NCBI RefSeq assembly: GCF_009914755.1
Contig: NC_060939.1
Length of the DNA stretch: 64,000 nucleotides
Direction: 5' to 3' (one strand)
Source of the DNA: the human T2T-CHM13v2.0 reference genome, Homo sapiens
Part shown: positions 12,356 through 27,522 of the stretch, in pieces
How positions within the stretch are numbered: the first letter of the stretch is position 1
Layout: the number at the start of each line of letters is the position of its first letter
Notes under the pieces: model-generated
Databases searched by the model: none
Told to the model about the DNA's origin: nothing
What the model saw: the letters and a program-made list of their open reading frames with translations, nothing else
Position numbers and translations under genes: made by a program

Positions 12356-15300
12356 TATATTCCCCTTGCTTTGCTTCCCTTGCTTTTGTAAAGATCTGGA
12401 CCATACCTCAAAATGCAAATCACTGAATATCCTTATGTCTTAGCAAACCAGACTCTTCCAGTGCACACACTCTGCCCTGGGATTAAGTACAGTACTTTTG
12501 GAAATCGCATTATCTCATTCTATTCACTTTTTTTCAGCACATTTGTGAACTGAGACAGTTCCTGTTATGTGGATTGTGCAGAATCCATTGGTTAGAAAAG
12601 GTGTTAGAACATTTGTATTTTCAGCTGGACTAACAGTAATATCTTGGACCAGTCATTTATTTGATCTTGCTTGCTAAAGTGGAGGATAGCACTTTTCTAT
12701 TAAAAAGTGCTACCTTTTTAATGCTGAGAGGAAGCCTGTTTTCCTAATAGTCACTCAATAAAATCTTTTACTGAATAAATGAATGTCTCTCCCAATTGTG
12801 TCTGCGTTAGTTATGAATAATACTTCCAGCAGAAGTATATGAGGCTTTCCATTTCTTACCTTCTAGTTTTTTCAGTCTAATGGGTATAAAGTGGCATTTT
12901 TGTCTTAATTTGTATTTCTGTGACTATTAGTAAAGCAGTGCATCTTTTCATATAACAAACATGCGCTTTACCCATTTTTCTAGAGTTCCTTTTTTTTGAG
13001 GAGGAGTCTTATTTGTTCTCATTTTCTACTTACTCCAGATATTAATTCTGCATTGGTGATAGACACTGTAAGATTCTTTTAACAGCCACCTGTTAAAATA
13101 TGTCTATAGTGTGGACAAAAATCCACAATATTGGTGTAGTCGGTCTAGCAATTCTTTCCTTGATGCCTGTGTTTTTTGTTTTGCTGGGTATTCTCCTATA
13201 TTTTCTTCTATATTCACTATTTTGCATTTATCATTTAGATCTTTACTCATACAGAGTTTATTTTTGTATGTACTCTAAAGCAGTTAGCTAACTTCACGTT
13301 TGTCTCTAAGGTTAGGCAAATATTTCAATTCTGTTTACTAAATCATTCACCTGTTCTTCCACTGATCTTTGTTGCCATTTCTATCACATTACAAGTTTCC
13401 ATAAAGATATGGCTCTATTTCTGAGCTCTCCATTTTTTAAAGATAATTTTTTGTCTTCTTGCAACATACTAATCTAATACTAATATTGTGTAGTTACTCA
13501 AATATCTGACAGAATGATGTTCTATCCTTTGCTCTCCTTTTTCAAAAATTTCTTAGCTAGTTGAGGGTCTTTATTTTTCCATGTAAATTTCAGACATTGT
13601 TCCATTTCTGTCCATTCCCCCTGTATCTTTTTGGTATTTTGAGTAGAATTATATTACGTTTTTAAATGAATTTAGATTAAATTGACATCTTTATAAGAAG
13701 TGGCCCATCTATTAATATGGTATATCTCACTTTATTTAGTTATTTTATCATAAAGGTTTGTGAATTCTTGGTTAATTCCTTGATTCATTACTGTAATGAT
13801 TGGTTTGACAGCTATTTTCTTTTGCATTTTCTAGTTAGTTACTGCTTACGTAGAAGGAAGCTTTTTTATTTTTATATATTAATCTTGTATCCAGCAACCT
13901 GGGTAAGTTTTCTGATTAGTTGTAATAGTTTGTGTATTCTCTTGGGTTTTCTATGTAAATAACCATAACATCTACAAATAAAATTTTTGCTTATTTCCTC
14001 CAAAATTTTGTATCACTTATTTCTTTCTCCTATTATTAAGTTGACCAGGAAACAGTAGTATTCAACTGAGCTGTAACTATAATAGCTGACATTGCTGTGT
14101 TCTCTCTGGACTTAAAAGGCAGGCATGTAATGTTTCTCAGTTTTGTATGGCTTATTGTTGTTGTTGTGAGGTTTTAAATAGCGTTTAAAATTAAAAATGG
14201 TCTCTTCTCTCCTTGGTTTGGTTTTTATTTTAAATCATGAATAGTTGAACAATGTCAAATAATTTTCTACTCTTATGTTTGTATGATTTTTCTTTTCTGA
14301 TTCATTAACGTAAACTGATAGATTTTTAAAATATTAAACTCAGAAGTAATACATTATATTTAACCATGACATATTACAGAAAACACAGTGTTGGTTTTAG
14401 TTAACTAAGTTTTATTTAAGTTTTGGCATCTGTTTTTATAAGAAAAACTGTTCTATAATTTTTTCTTTTTAAGGTGGTTCTTTCCTGATTATAACATAAA
14501 GGCATTATTAGTTTCATAAATGACTTATGTAACTTTCTTTTTCTATTTTCTGTAAAAACTTGTATAAGATAAAGATATTTGCTTTGCTACCACATGCCTG
14601 TGAAATAATTTGTCAGATCTTTTAAGTAGGGGAGAGGTGGTACAGGGAAGATTATGATGGCTGACTTCAGGCTTTTTATTGGCAATTCCATATGTTTTAT
14701 GTCTTCCTGTTCTAATGTTGGCATTTTATAATTTTATAGAATTTTATCCATTTCATCCAGGTTTTCAAATTTTCTAGCCTGCATTTGCTAAAAATATTAT
14801 TCTGTTTCCTTTTTTCATTTCTGAATTTTCCTGCCTCTGTCTTCCCTCTCCCCTTCTTTTCTTTACTATGTCAATCTTGCCAGCATTTTGTCTTATTAGT
14901 ATTTTTAAGATAACTACTTTTGGGGATTTGCTAATTATCTTTAGTATTTTGTTGTTTTTTTTTCTTGGTTTAATTAATTTTAGCCTTATCTTTAATATTT
15001 CATTTTTTTCTTGTTTTTCTGAGTTTATTTTGTTGCGGCATTTTCTAGATTTTTACGTTAAATCTTCTCATTTATTTTCATTTCTTCTAGTTTTCTATAT
15101 AAACATAATCAAGACTAAATCTCTCATACTATTGCTTTAACTCCAAGCAATACGTTTTGACTTTTATTTTATTTTCATTTTGGCATTTAATGCTTTTATA
15201 TACCTCATAATTTCTCCTGTAATACCCTCTTTATCCTATGGATTACTTAAAAATATATATTTGGGCTTTCAGACATGTAGTATTTTTGCTATGATTTTGT

Positions 15301-15426
15301 TATAAATGTTTTGTTTTATGGCACTATAGACAAAGAACACATTGTATATGATGCCCATCTTCAGAATTCATTGAAATATTCTTTGTGACTTACCGTATGA
15401 CCAATTTCTGTGAATTTTTACGTATC

Positions 15427-15737
15427 TTTTTTTTTTTTTTTTTTTTTTTTTTTGAGATGGAGTTTCACTCTTGTTGCCTAGGCTGGAGTGCAACGGCACC
15501 ATCTTGGCTCACTGCAACCTCCGCCTCCTGGGTTAAAGTGATTCTCCTGCCTCAGCCTCCTGAGTAGCTGGGATTACAGGCGCCCATCTCCATGCCCGGC
15601 TACTTTTTTGCATTTTTAGTAGAGACGGGGTTTCACCATGTTGGCGAGGCTGGTTTTGAACTCCTGACCTCAGGTGATCCACTCGCCTCGGCCTCCTAAA
15701 ATGCTGGGATTACAAGCGTGAGCCACTGCTCCTGGCC
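15427..15737 (-). mobile_element. AluSq/Sp-like SINE
   Basis: Poly-T, then GAGATGGAGTTTCACTCTTGTTGCC (Sq/Sp-type) ...CCTGGCC. Confidence 0.93.
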
Positions 15738-15904
15738 ACATATCCTCTTAATGGAAGTTTATTTTTATGCTTATGGCTATAAAGTTCATATATTTAGATC
15801 AAACTTAATCTTTGATCTATCAGTTCCTGACAGGGGCTATTTATAGATTTCTCCCTGTAATTTTATCAGTTGCTTTATCTAGTGGAGGCTATATTATTGA
15901 GCCC

Positions 15905-16282
15905 TGCTATAGACTGAATATTTTTGTCCCTCCTCATCCCTGCAAAAATTCATATGTTGAAATCCTAACCTCCAAGGTGATGATATTAGAAGGTGGGGCC
16001 TTTGGGAAGTGATGAGGTCATCAGGGTAAAGCCCTCACAAATGGGATTAATGACCTTATCAAAGAGGCCTGAGAGAGGTCCCTTGCCCTTCGCACCTTGT
16101 GTGGACTTAACAAAAAGACTGCCATGTATGAACCAGGAAGTGGGCTCTCACCAGACACTGAATCTGCCATCAGCTTGATTTTGAACTTCTCATCCTCCAG
16201 AAATGTGAGAAATAAGTTTATGTTGTTTATAAGCCACCCAGTCTATTTTATTTTGTTATAGTAGCTGGGATTGAGTGAGACA
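15905..16282 (+). mobile_element. MLT1A0-like MaLR solo LTR
   Basis: TGCTATAGACTGAAT...AATTCATATGTTGAAATCCTAACC...AAGCCACCCAGTCTA...GAGACA with TG...CA termini. Confidence 0.85.
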
Positions 16283-19129
16283 AGTACATATTTATTATGA
16301 TTGCTAAGTATTCTTGTTATATTATTCCTTTACCATGATTAATTTATTCTTTTTTCGTTATGATGTTTTTTCATATTATTTATTTTGGCTGATATCAAAA
16401 ATTAGCATTCTGGCTTTCTTTTGGTTTATATTTGCTTAGTGTATTTTTAACTCTATTTTCAACTTTCTTTGTCATTTATGTTTTAAAATGCTTTTTATAG
16501 ATGATATATCTCTTTAAAATTCAACCTAGGAGTCTTTTGATTGCTGAGTCAGAGTCATTTACATTTATAATAATCATTATGTCTTTGGACAAATGGTTTT
16601 ATGTTTTCTGTTTACAATGCTTTATTTTGTTTTATTTTTAATTTCTCCCTACATACCCTTTTTTTAAATCATGTAGAGGAGCGGTTGAATTTTATTTTGC
16701 TTGTTTGAATTATTCTGTAGACCCATACATTAAGCTCTCTATCTTAGCAATAAGTGTTTATATCAAAATTAAAATTGATTATGTTTTTTTCTTGCTTCAC
16801 ATTTTTTATAGTCTTCTTAACCTCTCTGAGATTATCTATAATGTATATTTTAACTTCTTACTCTGTCCCATTAGTTTTGCTTCTCCTAGTACAAGTTAAT
16901 CCATCCTTAGGTTATCACTCTTTCATGTTTCTCACGCTTCTTGGATTTTTGTAATGTTTCAATTTTAGCTCATTTTTATCCTCTTGGGATATCACCTCAC
17001 TTGATTGGTGACGTTCTCCTGTGAGGAGCACCAGAACCTGGGTCTTAGTCTGGGTTCCTTTGAGTGAGTTTAGGGGGTCATGGGTGTGCTTTCGGGAGGA
17101 GAACCTTGATTGCTGCCATCTGGATTCATCCACTTCTTGTTTTTCCTCCAGGGATTGCTCTTGTCTTCCAGTAGACCAATGTGAAGGGATGAGGTGGGAA
17201 AGTGGGGAGAGGAAACTATACTGCTCCTCAGGCTGCCACATTCACTTTATCATCAAAGAAAAAGAGAGAGTGAGCAGGATCACTACAGTTCAGCGAGTGC
17301 ATTTGAGCTCATGCAGGTGTAGTTTTTGTTGTTTTGCTTTGTGCAGAGTACTTTTTACAGTCTCTGAACTTCTGAGCTCTTTTTTTTTTTTTTTTTTAAA
17401 TGTCCTGGACTTGCCCAAAACAAAGTAATGGGATTAGAGCACTGTAGAGCAGAAAAATAATTAGACTGGGAGTCAGAAAAGCTGGGTGCTAGTTTCACAT
17501 CTGCCGTGGGTGAGCCATTGCATCTCTCTAGAGATTTTCTACAGCAATTAATCTCGGAAGGTACTACACAGATAAGGATCTGTGTTCTGTATATATTCCT
17601 CCTTTTCCTCGGCTCATAATTCACAATGCATATGAGCACTAATGAGCCCTAAAGGATAGAAATTTATTGAATTTGTTTAATCTAGGGTTTCCCAAATTTA
17701 TTTGACCTTGGAATGCTGTAACTAAGGACAGCGTGTTCGATCCTGGGCAACAATTGTTGGGAACAAACTTTAGGAAGTGCTGCTTTACAAACTGCATTGT
17801 CTCACCTATGACAGGCAGACTATATGAATTGTATATTACCCCTTTTAGCTATTCTGTATCACTTTCTACATGCCCATTCAATGTTCTTTTCTCTTGCCAT
17901 GTCCTTGTTCCTTCAAATGTCCTAGTTCTACTAAATGCAAGTGGATTAAGGTGTTAATCCCACCCCTTCTATTAATGACATTTTAATTGGCCATGTTTCA
18001 GGAAATATTCAAAACCCAACCCAAAGGAGAGCTTTGCTAATAGTGGTAGAATTTCAGACAAGTACTTGATAAACCTTTCTGGATCCGTGGGGCTTTCTTA
18101 CCGTCCCTCCTATAATGTCATCTATTTAGCTACCTTCTCATAAGATCAGCACAATTTTGCTCCAAGTGAAGAGGCAAGGACTTAGCAGCCTCCACTTACT
18201 GATCCTTTCTTTGAACCACTTAGTGAATATAAAAGTTCAACTTTACAGGAGGAGCAGTTGTTATGTCCTCGCCTAGATAATTATTTCTTTATCTCAAATG
18301 TCCCCTTTGTATCTTCATGACAATAAAATGGGGAAAATGGATTTTTTTAAAAAAAAGTAATTACACAATTGAACATGAGATAAATACACTTAATAGGCAA
18401 GAATTATCTGCTTTGGCTGCTTTCACAGCCCAAATTCACAAAGTAATTCACAACTCATTCACTGGAATCCTGCTTTATCTCCTAACATGGGACTTGAAAT
18501 GAGACAAACTTAAGCTGCATGCCTTTTCTGTGGAAGACAGCCACGCTGGCTTAGGAGAGATCAGGTGCTCTGATTACCTTACCTGGTGCCACAGCACTGT
18601 TGTGAGATCCACCCTCCTTGGGTATGGTATCTCTGACCCTTGGCAACTGAGTGGACCTGGGATCCAATGCTCCTGGGCCCTCTCATGTCAGGTAGATGGA
18701 AAGAATCTTAGTAGAGGAACTCTTTGAATCTGATACTTGGGTGAATTGCTTGGCTTTTCTTCATCAGTCAATCAAGCCTCCATCCAAAACCAATGTCTTT
18801 AAATATTGACCTGTTACTTGGGAACAGTAAGTTGTCATTGTTATCATTATTATGGTAGAGGAAAATTTTATTCTTCTTGAGGAGTTATCAAGAAGCAGTT
18901 TGGCACAGGGATAACAGATAGATGTTGGAGTCAGAAGGGAATGAACCTCTGAAACAGAGATACAACTCAGTACATTAGCTGTGAGCACCACCAATTCACT
19001 GCTCTGTTATTATGACTCCACCTCCGTCCATTAAATGCATCTTACTATACCATATTCACTGTACACAGCACAATGATTAAGAAGATAAGCTTTGAAGTAA
19101 AACCAATTTGTGTCTTAATCCTCATTCTG

Positions 19130-19450
19130 TTTCCTGCAGGTTGAGTCCCTCAGGAAACACTGAGACAGAATTTAGCAGGGAAGATATTTATAAAGGAGTG
19201 GCTTTGAGATCAATATCATGGAGTAAAGAGGAGAGAGTAAGAGTGGGCAGAGAGAAGTTGCATTGTGGCCAACCTTGGCTAAGCTGTGAGGAGGTTTCTG
19301 CAGCTAATATGACCCTTCATAGTGGTCTGGAGTTGTCAAGATGGCCCACAACACATTGGTCCATCGTGGGAGGCACTGTCCTGAGAAGGGCTGTGACCTG
19401 AGCTAGGTAGCTCACATCTGAGGCTATCTGCCATCAGCAGAAGGGGAATA
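19130..19450. mobile_element. LTR16-like ERVL LTR, apparently splitting a MIR (~19070-19125 and ~19500-19665)
   Basis: GGTTGAGTCCCTCAGGAAACACTGAGACAGAATTTAGC...GGAGTGGCTTTG resembles LTR16. Confidence 0.5.
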
Positions 19451-19929
19451 TATCAAATATTAACCACATCATCATTTTTCTGTTGGAAGAATCTTTAAGC
19501 TACAAAACTTTCCTGAAATTCAGTGTGTTTTTAGGTAAAATGGGGATACTACCTATTATGCTAGGGTTATTGTAAGAATGTAATTAATCCTTGATCAGGA
19601 ATACATTTAAAGTACAAAGTACTTGGTACAGGGTCTGTCACATGGTAGGTACTCAAAAATAATGATGATGATAATGGTGATATTAAATGTATTCTTCTGA
19701 AATATTAGATAATGAAACTTGGTCCTTGGTTTCTCCTTTGATCTCAGATTGTTTTGTCATTGTATCTATGTTTTTATGTTAAGTTATCTCAAATTCTTTT
19801 TCTGGAAGCAGTCGAGATACAAATCAGTCAATGTAAAATAGTCTTGGTAACAGAGATACAGTAGAATAATACTTGATATACTATATTAAGCATGTTTTTT
19901 ATTCTCAATAATTATTCTGTATCTCTCCC

Positions 19930-20830
19930 CTCCCACTCCCACCAAGCAATAGCCAAAGCATTCCTGAACTTACTGCTTCAGGGAAGGGGAGATACAGTTG
20001 AACAAAAGCCAAATTATTCTCTTTGAGTTTGAAATGTTTCAGTCCTTGCATAAATAATCTATTTAGGAGGCTAAATGATCATTCAGTGCCCATTTGTTCC
20101 AGCCTAGAAAAAAAATAAAGGTTTTTTTGAGTTGGGGGGAAGGAGAGGAGACAGAGTGGAGTTTGGATGCTGACAGATCCTTGGGAAGGGCTTGTATTCT
20201 TCCATTCTCCCCATGACTTGGCTGGAGGGAAGGCTCCTCTTTCCCTCCTCCAAGGGGATCCAAGGGGTAAGGGGTAAGGGGTAAGGGATCAAAGAGTAGG
20301 TTTTGCTTTGCAGACCTCCCTGTGTGGCCAGCATGGTGTGGTGATGGAAGAATAGAAATGTCTGGGAAGATGGGGCCAGGATAACTTCAAGAGGTTCTGT
20401 GCCCTCTAGTGTGGCTGGGGGAGCAGCATAATGTTTTCCCATGAGGCACAGATGTAACTTATAAAGTTAGTGGACCAGAATAGGCATTGTGGATGGGATT
20501 AAAGTGAACACAGTAGCATCTGTGTGACCCAGATCTGGACCCTAGATAGAATCAATGGTATCTCAGTGAATGCCACTGTGGGCATAGGGCAACTGATGGT
20601 CAGGCAGGTGATTGTTCCCTCCCATCCCACCAGTGCTCAGATACATCCATAGGGACATAAGAGACTGGATGTCCTGATTTGACCTGCTTACCCTGAATAG
20701 ACTAAGAACAAACCCCACCACTAGCAGCATGGAGCTCCTGGTAGAAGTTAAGTTTAGTTATAGAGAATAGAGAAGTTATATTTTCTCTGAGCCGAAATTT
20801 ATGGCTTGATATTCATACTCATGGGGTATA
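19930..20830 (+). mobile_element. Ancient LTR, possibly Gypsy-like (LTR85/88 or MamGypLTR class)
   Basis: 3' end AGTTTAGTTATAGAGAATAGAGAAG...TGATATTCATAC resembles these LTRs; weak match. Confidence 0.3.
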
Positions 20831-21059
20831 TTTGTTAAATCAATTTCCTATTTTTAGTTATTTTGCTTATGCTATTTCACTTGAACAACCCTTTGGAACG
20901 CATGTATTATTATCTTCATTTTAGAAATACTGAAATGAAGGAGCAGAGGCATTAAGTAATTTTCTCAGTCATAGAAGATAGAGAAAAAATTAAACTCTAT
21001 TAAATGTAAGATCTGAGATTAAAATTATTTTTCTGCTTACAAGTGTAGGTATCTTTAAA

Positions 21060-21305
21060 AATAATATTTGTGAGCATTTCTTAAATATCTATTGTGTATT
21101 AGACACTTCTGTAAGTACCTTTAATACAATTAATTTATTAAATCCTCATAAAAATGCTACGATAAAAAGATTATATGTCGCCATCACACAGACGAGAAAA
21201 CTGGGGCATGGAGAAGTCAAGCGACTAATTCAGCACTCTGAGAGTAGAACAAGGCTTTGAACACAAATAGTTTGACTCAAATGCCTACACCTCTAACCGA
21301 TTTCT
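21060..21305 (-). mobile_element. MIR SINE
   Basis: AATCCTCATAAAAAT...ACAGACGAGAAAACTGGGGC. Confidence 0.65.
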
Positions 21306-21309
21306 ACAG

Positions 21310-21830
21310 CAGCAGACTTTGTTGGTTCCCCATTTTTACCTTTCTAATAGAACTTCAGTTGTGTTCGGGTGTCCATCTTGTTCCAGCTCCATGAGTGGAT
21401 CCTGACTATTGTAGATCAAACCTGGTGTTCCCATTCTTTGTCCTAGTGATTGGTTTAGAATCCAAGATAAACTCAATTCATTCATGACATTTCACTTGGT
21501 AACTCTTATTGGTCTGGAGGTGGGCACACAATCTAGGTAGTCCAATGAGAGTATTAGAAGACGTTTATATTCCAGGAGTGGAAGGAGAGATTCATATCTT
21601 TTCCTCGCATAGACATAATGAAGCAGGTTGCTGCAGGTAGCTCTCTTGAGACCTTGAGACAAGCTTCCACAGGAAAGAAGCCAGAGCTGGTAAAATTGCA
21701 GGGAAGTAGCCCTGGAGCCCAGCCTTCATCTGCTGTTCTTGCTATATGGAGTTGTAAATCCCTTCATTGTTTATTTCAATTTGAGCAGGACTTTTCACTC
21801 CTTGTAGTTGTAATGCCTTTACTCTGCTAG
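21310..21830 (+). mobile_element. Old MaLR LTR (MLT1J/K-like)
   Basis: CTAGTGATTGGTTTAG...GGTGGGCACACAATCTAGG...CCAATGAGA. Confidence 0.45.
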
Positions 21831-22499
21831 GTGTAATTACAACAATCCTACTACTTTATCACAGTTTAAGGAGGTGCCTATTATAGCAATGAAATTCAAT
21901 ATTATCCTATAGATAGGGTAATTTAACTGCTGTTCTTGCCTCTAGATTATAACAATAATCTCTTATTAACAGAATCTATGAAAGAGAATATTTATTGCAA
22001 ATAATTACTCCACCACTAAGATGTAAGAAAACAACTTAAATAGTTTAAGTTTCTACATCCATGTGTATGTCTATACTCAATTGGTATTGTCCCTATAAAA
22101 CATCGTTGAGAGACTGTAACAATTCTAAATCCCTTGCTATGTGGATTACTTGGCTTTTTAGGAGTGTAGCCACTGGACTGAGTTGAAGGAAAGTGAAGAA
22201 ATGATCTCCTGCATGTGTCTCAGTTTGTGTAATGGGCATCTATTGAATTGCCTATTGAAGACCACTTTCTCTAGGAAATGTCCTTCTTCCTCATCTACTT
22301 ATTTGAGGAGGTGATACCTTGTTGGTGCAGTAGACTCCACCACCTGGTGACAGTAGTTAGTTGGTTCTGAGGAAGTATCTGCTTAGAAATTTTGGGAGTC
22401 ATTTTGAAAGAAAGAGACAGAGAGAGAGATAGAGAAAAACAAGCCAGACTTTTTGGAAGGAACATCAATAAGAAATATAATAACCTGATGCTTCTTTAA

Positions 22500-23250
22500 C
22501 TTTTTAAAATTTTGAAGTATTTTTGGATTTACACAAAAGTTTCAAAGTCAGTACGTAGAATTCACATATACCCTTCACCCAGCTTCCTCTAATGTTAACA
22601 TCTTAACATAACTGTAGTACATTTGTTCAAAACTAAGAAATTTAGATATTAATTAAACTACAGATATTCAGATTTTGCCAACTTATCCGATAATGTTCTT
22701 TTTCCGTGTCAAGATCCAATCAATCTAGGATACCATATTGCATTCCATCATCATTTCTCCTTAGTCTTCTTCAATCTGTGACAATTTTTTGCTCCTTCTT
22801 TCATAATCCTGATACTTTTAAAGAGTACTGGTCAGGTATTTTGTAGAATGCTTCAGCATTCAGGTTTGTGTGATGTTTTTCTCCTGACTTGATTGGGCTT
22901 GTAGATTTAGGAGAAGAATTACACAGAAATAAAGTGCCCTTGTCATTGCATCCTCAGCGGGTAGAGGTGATGTATGAAAATATGACTCTTCACTGACCGT
23001 GATGATCTGGATCACCTGGTTAAGTAGTATCTGCGAGGTCTCACTACTGCTAAGCTATGAAATTTTCTTTTCCATACTCTATTCATTAAGAGCAAGTCAC
23101 TAAGTCCAGCCTACTCTCAAGGGAGGGGAATTAAGCTTTAGATCTTGGAGTGAGGCATATCAAAAATGTTGCAAACATATGTTCAAGCCACCACAGTAAT
23201 TAATACATATTTGGGAAGAGTTACTTTGAGCCTATGTACATATCTTCTCC
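22500..23250 (-). mobile_element. L1MC 3'-end fragment
   Basis: ATACCCTTCACCCAGCTTCCTCTAATGTTAACATCTT...TACTGGTCAGGTATTTTGTAGAATG...AAGTCACTAAGTCCAGCC. Confidence 0.75.
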
Positions 23251-23551
23251 TGATGGCTCCTGAGCGTCGAGTTTTCATTCCTTCCTAAAGCCTGACTGCC
23301 ATCTTCTCTGTGCTGGGCATCTTCTGTTCACTCTCCAGGTTTACTCTTCACCCTTCTCCACCCTCATCTTTTCCTCAGAAGACTTTCCCGTATGGCATCA
23401 ACAGCACTGTGCCCTCTGGCTTCTGGTTGGGGAAGCCTGTGGGGAGGTGCAAGAGAAGGAGGAGAACAGGGTCAGGCCATTTTTTTTTCTGTTCCCTCTG
23501 TGAGGAGTCAGCTCAGGTGTTTTGTGTTCCTGAAAGAAAGCAACTCTTTTA

Positions 23552-24990
<1,439 letters not shown>

Positions 24991-25399
24991 GAAACCCAGA
25001 TATGCATGACTTTCTCTCCTATAGCCTCTGTTGCCTCCTCTCATCCCCTGTGGTGACAGTTCTGCTGCTGCTGGGTTACAGCCCTGCCCTGTCCCTGTAG
25101 TTCTGCCTATCCTGCCAACACCTTTGTTGTTAGTCCCTTTGTAAATAGCCTCTCCTTGAATTCTCCTAATTGAGTGTGCCACCTGTTTCCTATTGGGATC
25201 TGGACTGATACATTGATCATGACTTCTAAGAGACATACTTCCATTGTCCTTTTAAAAAAAAATTTTTTTTTGCTTAAGTTACTTTAAGTAGGATTTTCAT
25301 TCCTTGTAACCAAAAGTATGCTGCGTTAGAGATTACAATGCTGCCTTCTTTGTAGCTACAACAATAATAAAAGCTAACTAGCTTTTTAAAATTTTTTAA

Positions 25400-25612
25400 A
25401 TTATTTTATATTTTTATTTATTCATTTTATTTGAAAAATAAAAATTGTATATATTTGTGATATACAACATGATATTTTGATATATATGTTTGTTGTGGAA
25501 TGAATAAATCAAGCTAATTAACATATCTATTACCTCACATATTTATCTTGTTTTTTGTACTGAGAACATTTAAAATCTACTCTCTTAGCAGTTTTCAAGT
25601 ACAGAATACACT
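25400..25612 (-). mobile_element. L1MA 3'-end fragment
   Basis: AAAATTGTATATATTT...CAAGCTAATTAACATATCTATTACCTCACAT...AAAATCTACTCTCTTAGCA. Confidence 0.8.
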
Positions 25613-25620
25613 TTAACCAG

Positions 25621-25925
25621 TTTTTTTTTTTGTTTGTTTTTTTGAGACAAATTCTCATTCTGTCACCCAGGCTGCAGTGCTGTGGCGTGATCTCGGCTCA
25701 CTGCAACCTCCGCCTCCTGGGTTCAAGCAATTCTCGTGCCTCAGCCTCCTGAGTAGCTAGGATTATAGGTGCCCATCACTGCGCCTGGCTAATTTTTGTA
25801 TTTTTAGTAGAGACGGGGTTTCACCATGTTGGCCAGACTGGTCTCAAACTCCTGACTTCAGGTGATTCACTCACCTTGGCCTCCCAAAGTGCTGGGATTA
25901 CCGGCATGAGCCACTGCACCTGGCC
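25621..25925 (-). mobile_element. AluS (Sx/Sz-like) SINE
   Basis: Poly-T, then TGAGACA...CCTGACTTCAGGTGAT...CCTGGCC. Confidence 0.93.
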
Positions 25926-25959
25926 CCAGCTTTTTATAACACTGCATTTTATTAAGGCT

Positions 25960-26140
25960 CTCTTACATCCATGCTCCCACCTGAGACTTGCACTAATCTG
26001 AACAGTGTCAATTAGGGATATTTGTGCCTACTTTGCTGATGAGGAAACTGAGGTACAAAGAGATCTAGTGAACTATTTAAGAGCACAGAATTAGCATCTA
26101 GTAGGGCAGATACAGAAACCCAGGTCATCTGATGATAATC
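25960..26140 (-). mobile_element. MIR SINE
   Basis: GATGAGGAAACTGAGG core. Confidence 0.6.
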
Positions 26141-27291
26141 CTGAGGTCTCAGGGCATGACTGCACCTCCTGCTCTTATGCACATGTTCACCACAGCTGTG
26201 TCTGAGTCAGTCACCGTCTACAAGCCATAAATCTGAAGATCACATTTCCATCACTCCCAGAAATGATAGAATTGAAGCCCAAGGCCTAAGGTGGACCAGA
26301 GAAAAGGAGCACTAGATTTTATCCTTATAAAGTAATGCCAAGTCTCATTATTACCAGCGACTATTATTTCCCAAAAAGTACCATAAAGAAAACTGAGTTC
26401 CTTAAAATATTCCCAGAGTGAAAGTGTTTCTGAAGATCACAATGCACATTGGCATATTTATTAGACACTCAGAAAATCTGCAGCTACTCAGCTTATTTTA
26501 TTATGTTTAACCTACTTCTTTTTAAACTTCTTTTCACTAGAACCCTTTCGCTGTGTTCATACCTTAGGAAGTACTGGAATAGAACATGAATATTGAATAT
26601 AAATAAAATTATGTATAAAATATCATACAAGTTTGACTTTTCCTTCTAAGCACCATGAATTTATTACATCCTAAAATGTCATCTGGCCTAGATCTTTCAA
26701 ACTACCCCCTGCCACTTTGGCAAGACACAGGCAGTAGTGAATTATCTATTTGGCAGTAGTGAATTATTTAATACTTCCCAAATGTATTGGATAACGGCCA
26801 ACTCGAGACTTGAATTTGGTTCTATGTAGACCTGTTTCCAACATAATAACTTCTAAGTTGCAGAATGTTTTAGAGGTAGACTAGGTTTCTTTTTATCCTT
26901 GACTTGACGTTTCACCATTGACCTAGTAAAATTGCCCTTTTCAGAAGGAATTGGTAATGAAATCAGTGCCATCACTCAATTGCATATCCTTCAAAAGGCC
27001 AGGGAAAAAAATAAGTAGGAGTGTTCCTATGAGAGAAATTTCAGTGTAATATTTTAGCCACAGCAAGCCAAGGAATTGAACCATTTTTAAACAAAAATCA
27101 CCATAGAAAAGATGAACTGAAAGAGTCCATGGAACTTTTCTTCAAATTTCAACAACAAAACTGTAAATAACTTCAGAAATTCCAATTTGAGATTTATAAG
27201 ATTATCATGGAATTAGAGCACGTTTTGTGAAAAAAGCCTAATAGCTCCTGGGCCTTTCTCAGAGCCATCATGGTTGTTCTGCCTAACATGC

Positions 27292-27342
27292 TACCCAGTC
27301 TCAGGTGTGTCTTTATCAGCAGCATAGGAACAGACTAATACA
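27292..27342 (+). mobile_element. THE1 (MaLR) LTR 3'-terminal ~50-bp remnant
   Basis: TACCCAGTCTCAGGTGTGTCTTTATCAGCAGCATAGGAACAGACTAATACA matches the THE1 LTR end. Confidence 0.8.
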
Positions 27343-27440
27343 GCATCTAAGGCTAAACACCCCACAATGCACAAGACAGCACCACAGCCAAGAATTATCC
27401 AGCTCCAAATGCCAATACTGCTAAGATCCAGAAGCCCTAT
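27343..27440 (+). mobile_element. MER20 (hAT-Charlie) 3' half
   Basis: GCTAAACACCCCACAATGCACAAGACAGC...AAGAATTATCCAGCTCCAAATGCCAATA. Confidence 0.7.
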
Positions 27441-27522
27441 TCTAGATGGTGTATTGCTCAAATTGGTAACTCTTAAAACGTGCTAGGCCTGAAAACTTAC
27501 TTGCTAATTAAAACAACTGCAT

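Larger units (their letters stand above)
12790..16700 (-). mobile_element. Ancient L1M (L1ME/MD-like) LINE, highly decayed, interrupted by an Alu and MLT1A0
   Basis: Long T-rich tract with antisense L1 ORF2 motifs (TTAATTTGTATTTCTGTGACTA, ATCTTGTATCCAGCAACC, TTATCCATTTCATCCAGGTTTTCAAAT). Confidence 0.7.

Noticed and set aside
12687-12712. Hairpin TAGCACTTTT-ctatta-AAAAGTGCTA containing a miR-17-like seed AAAGTGC
   Set aside because: The stem is only 10 bp, far too short for a pre-miRNA, and the flanks do not pair.
17021-17428. 135-aa Cys/Ser-rich ORF
   Set aside because: GTG start, runs through a poly-T tract, no recognisable domain or exon structure.
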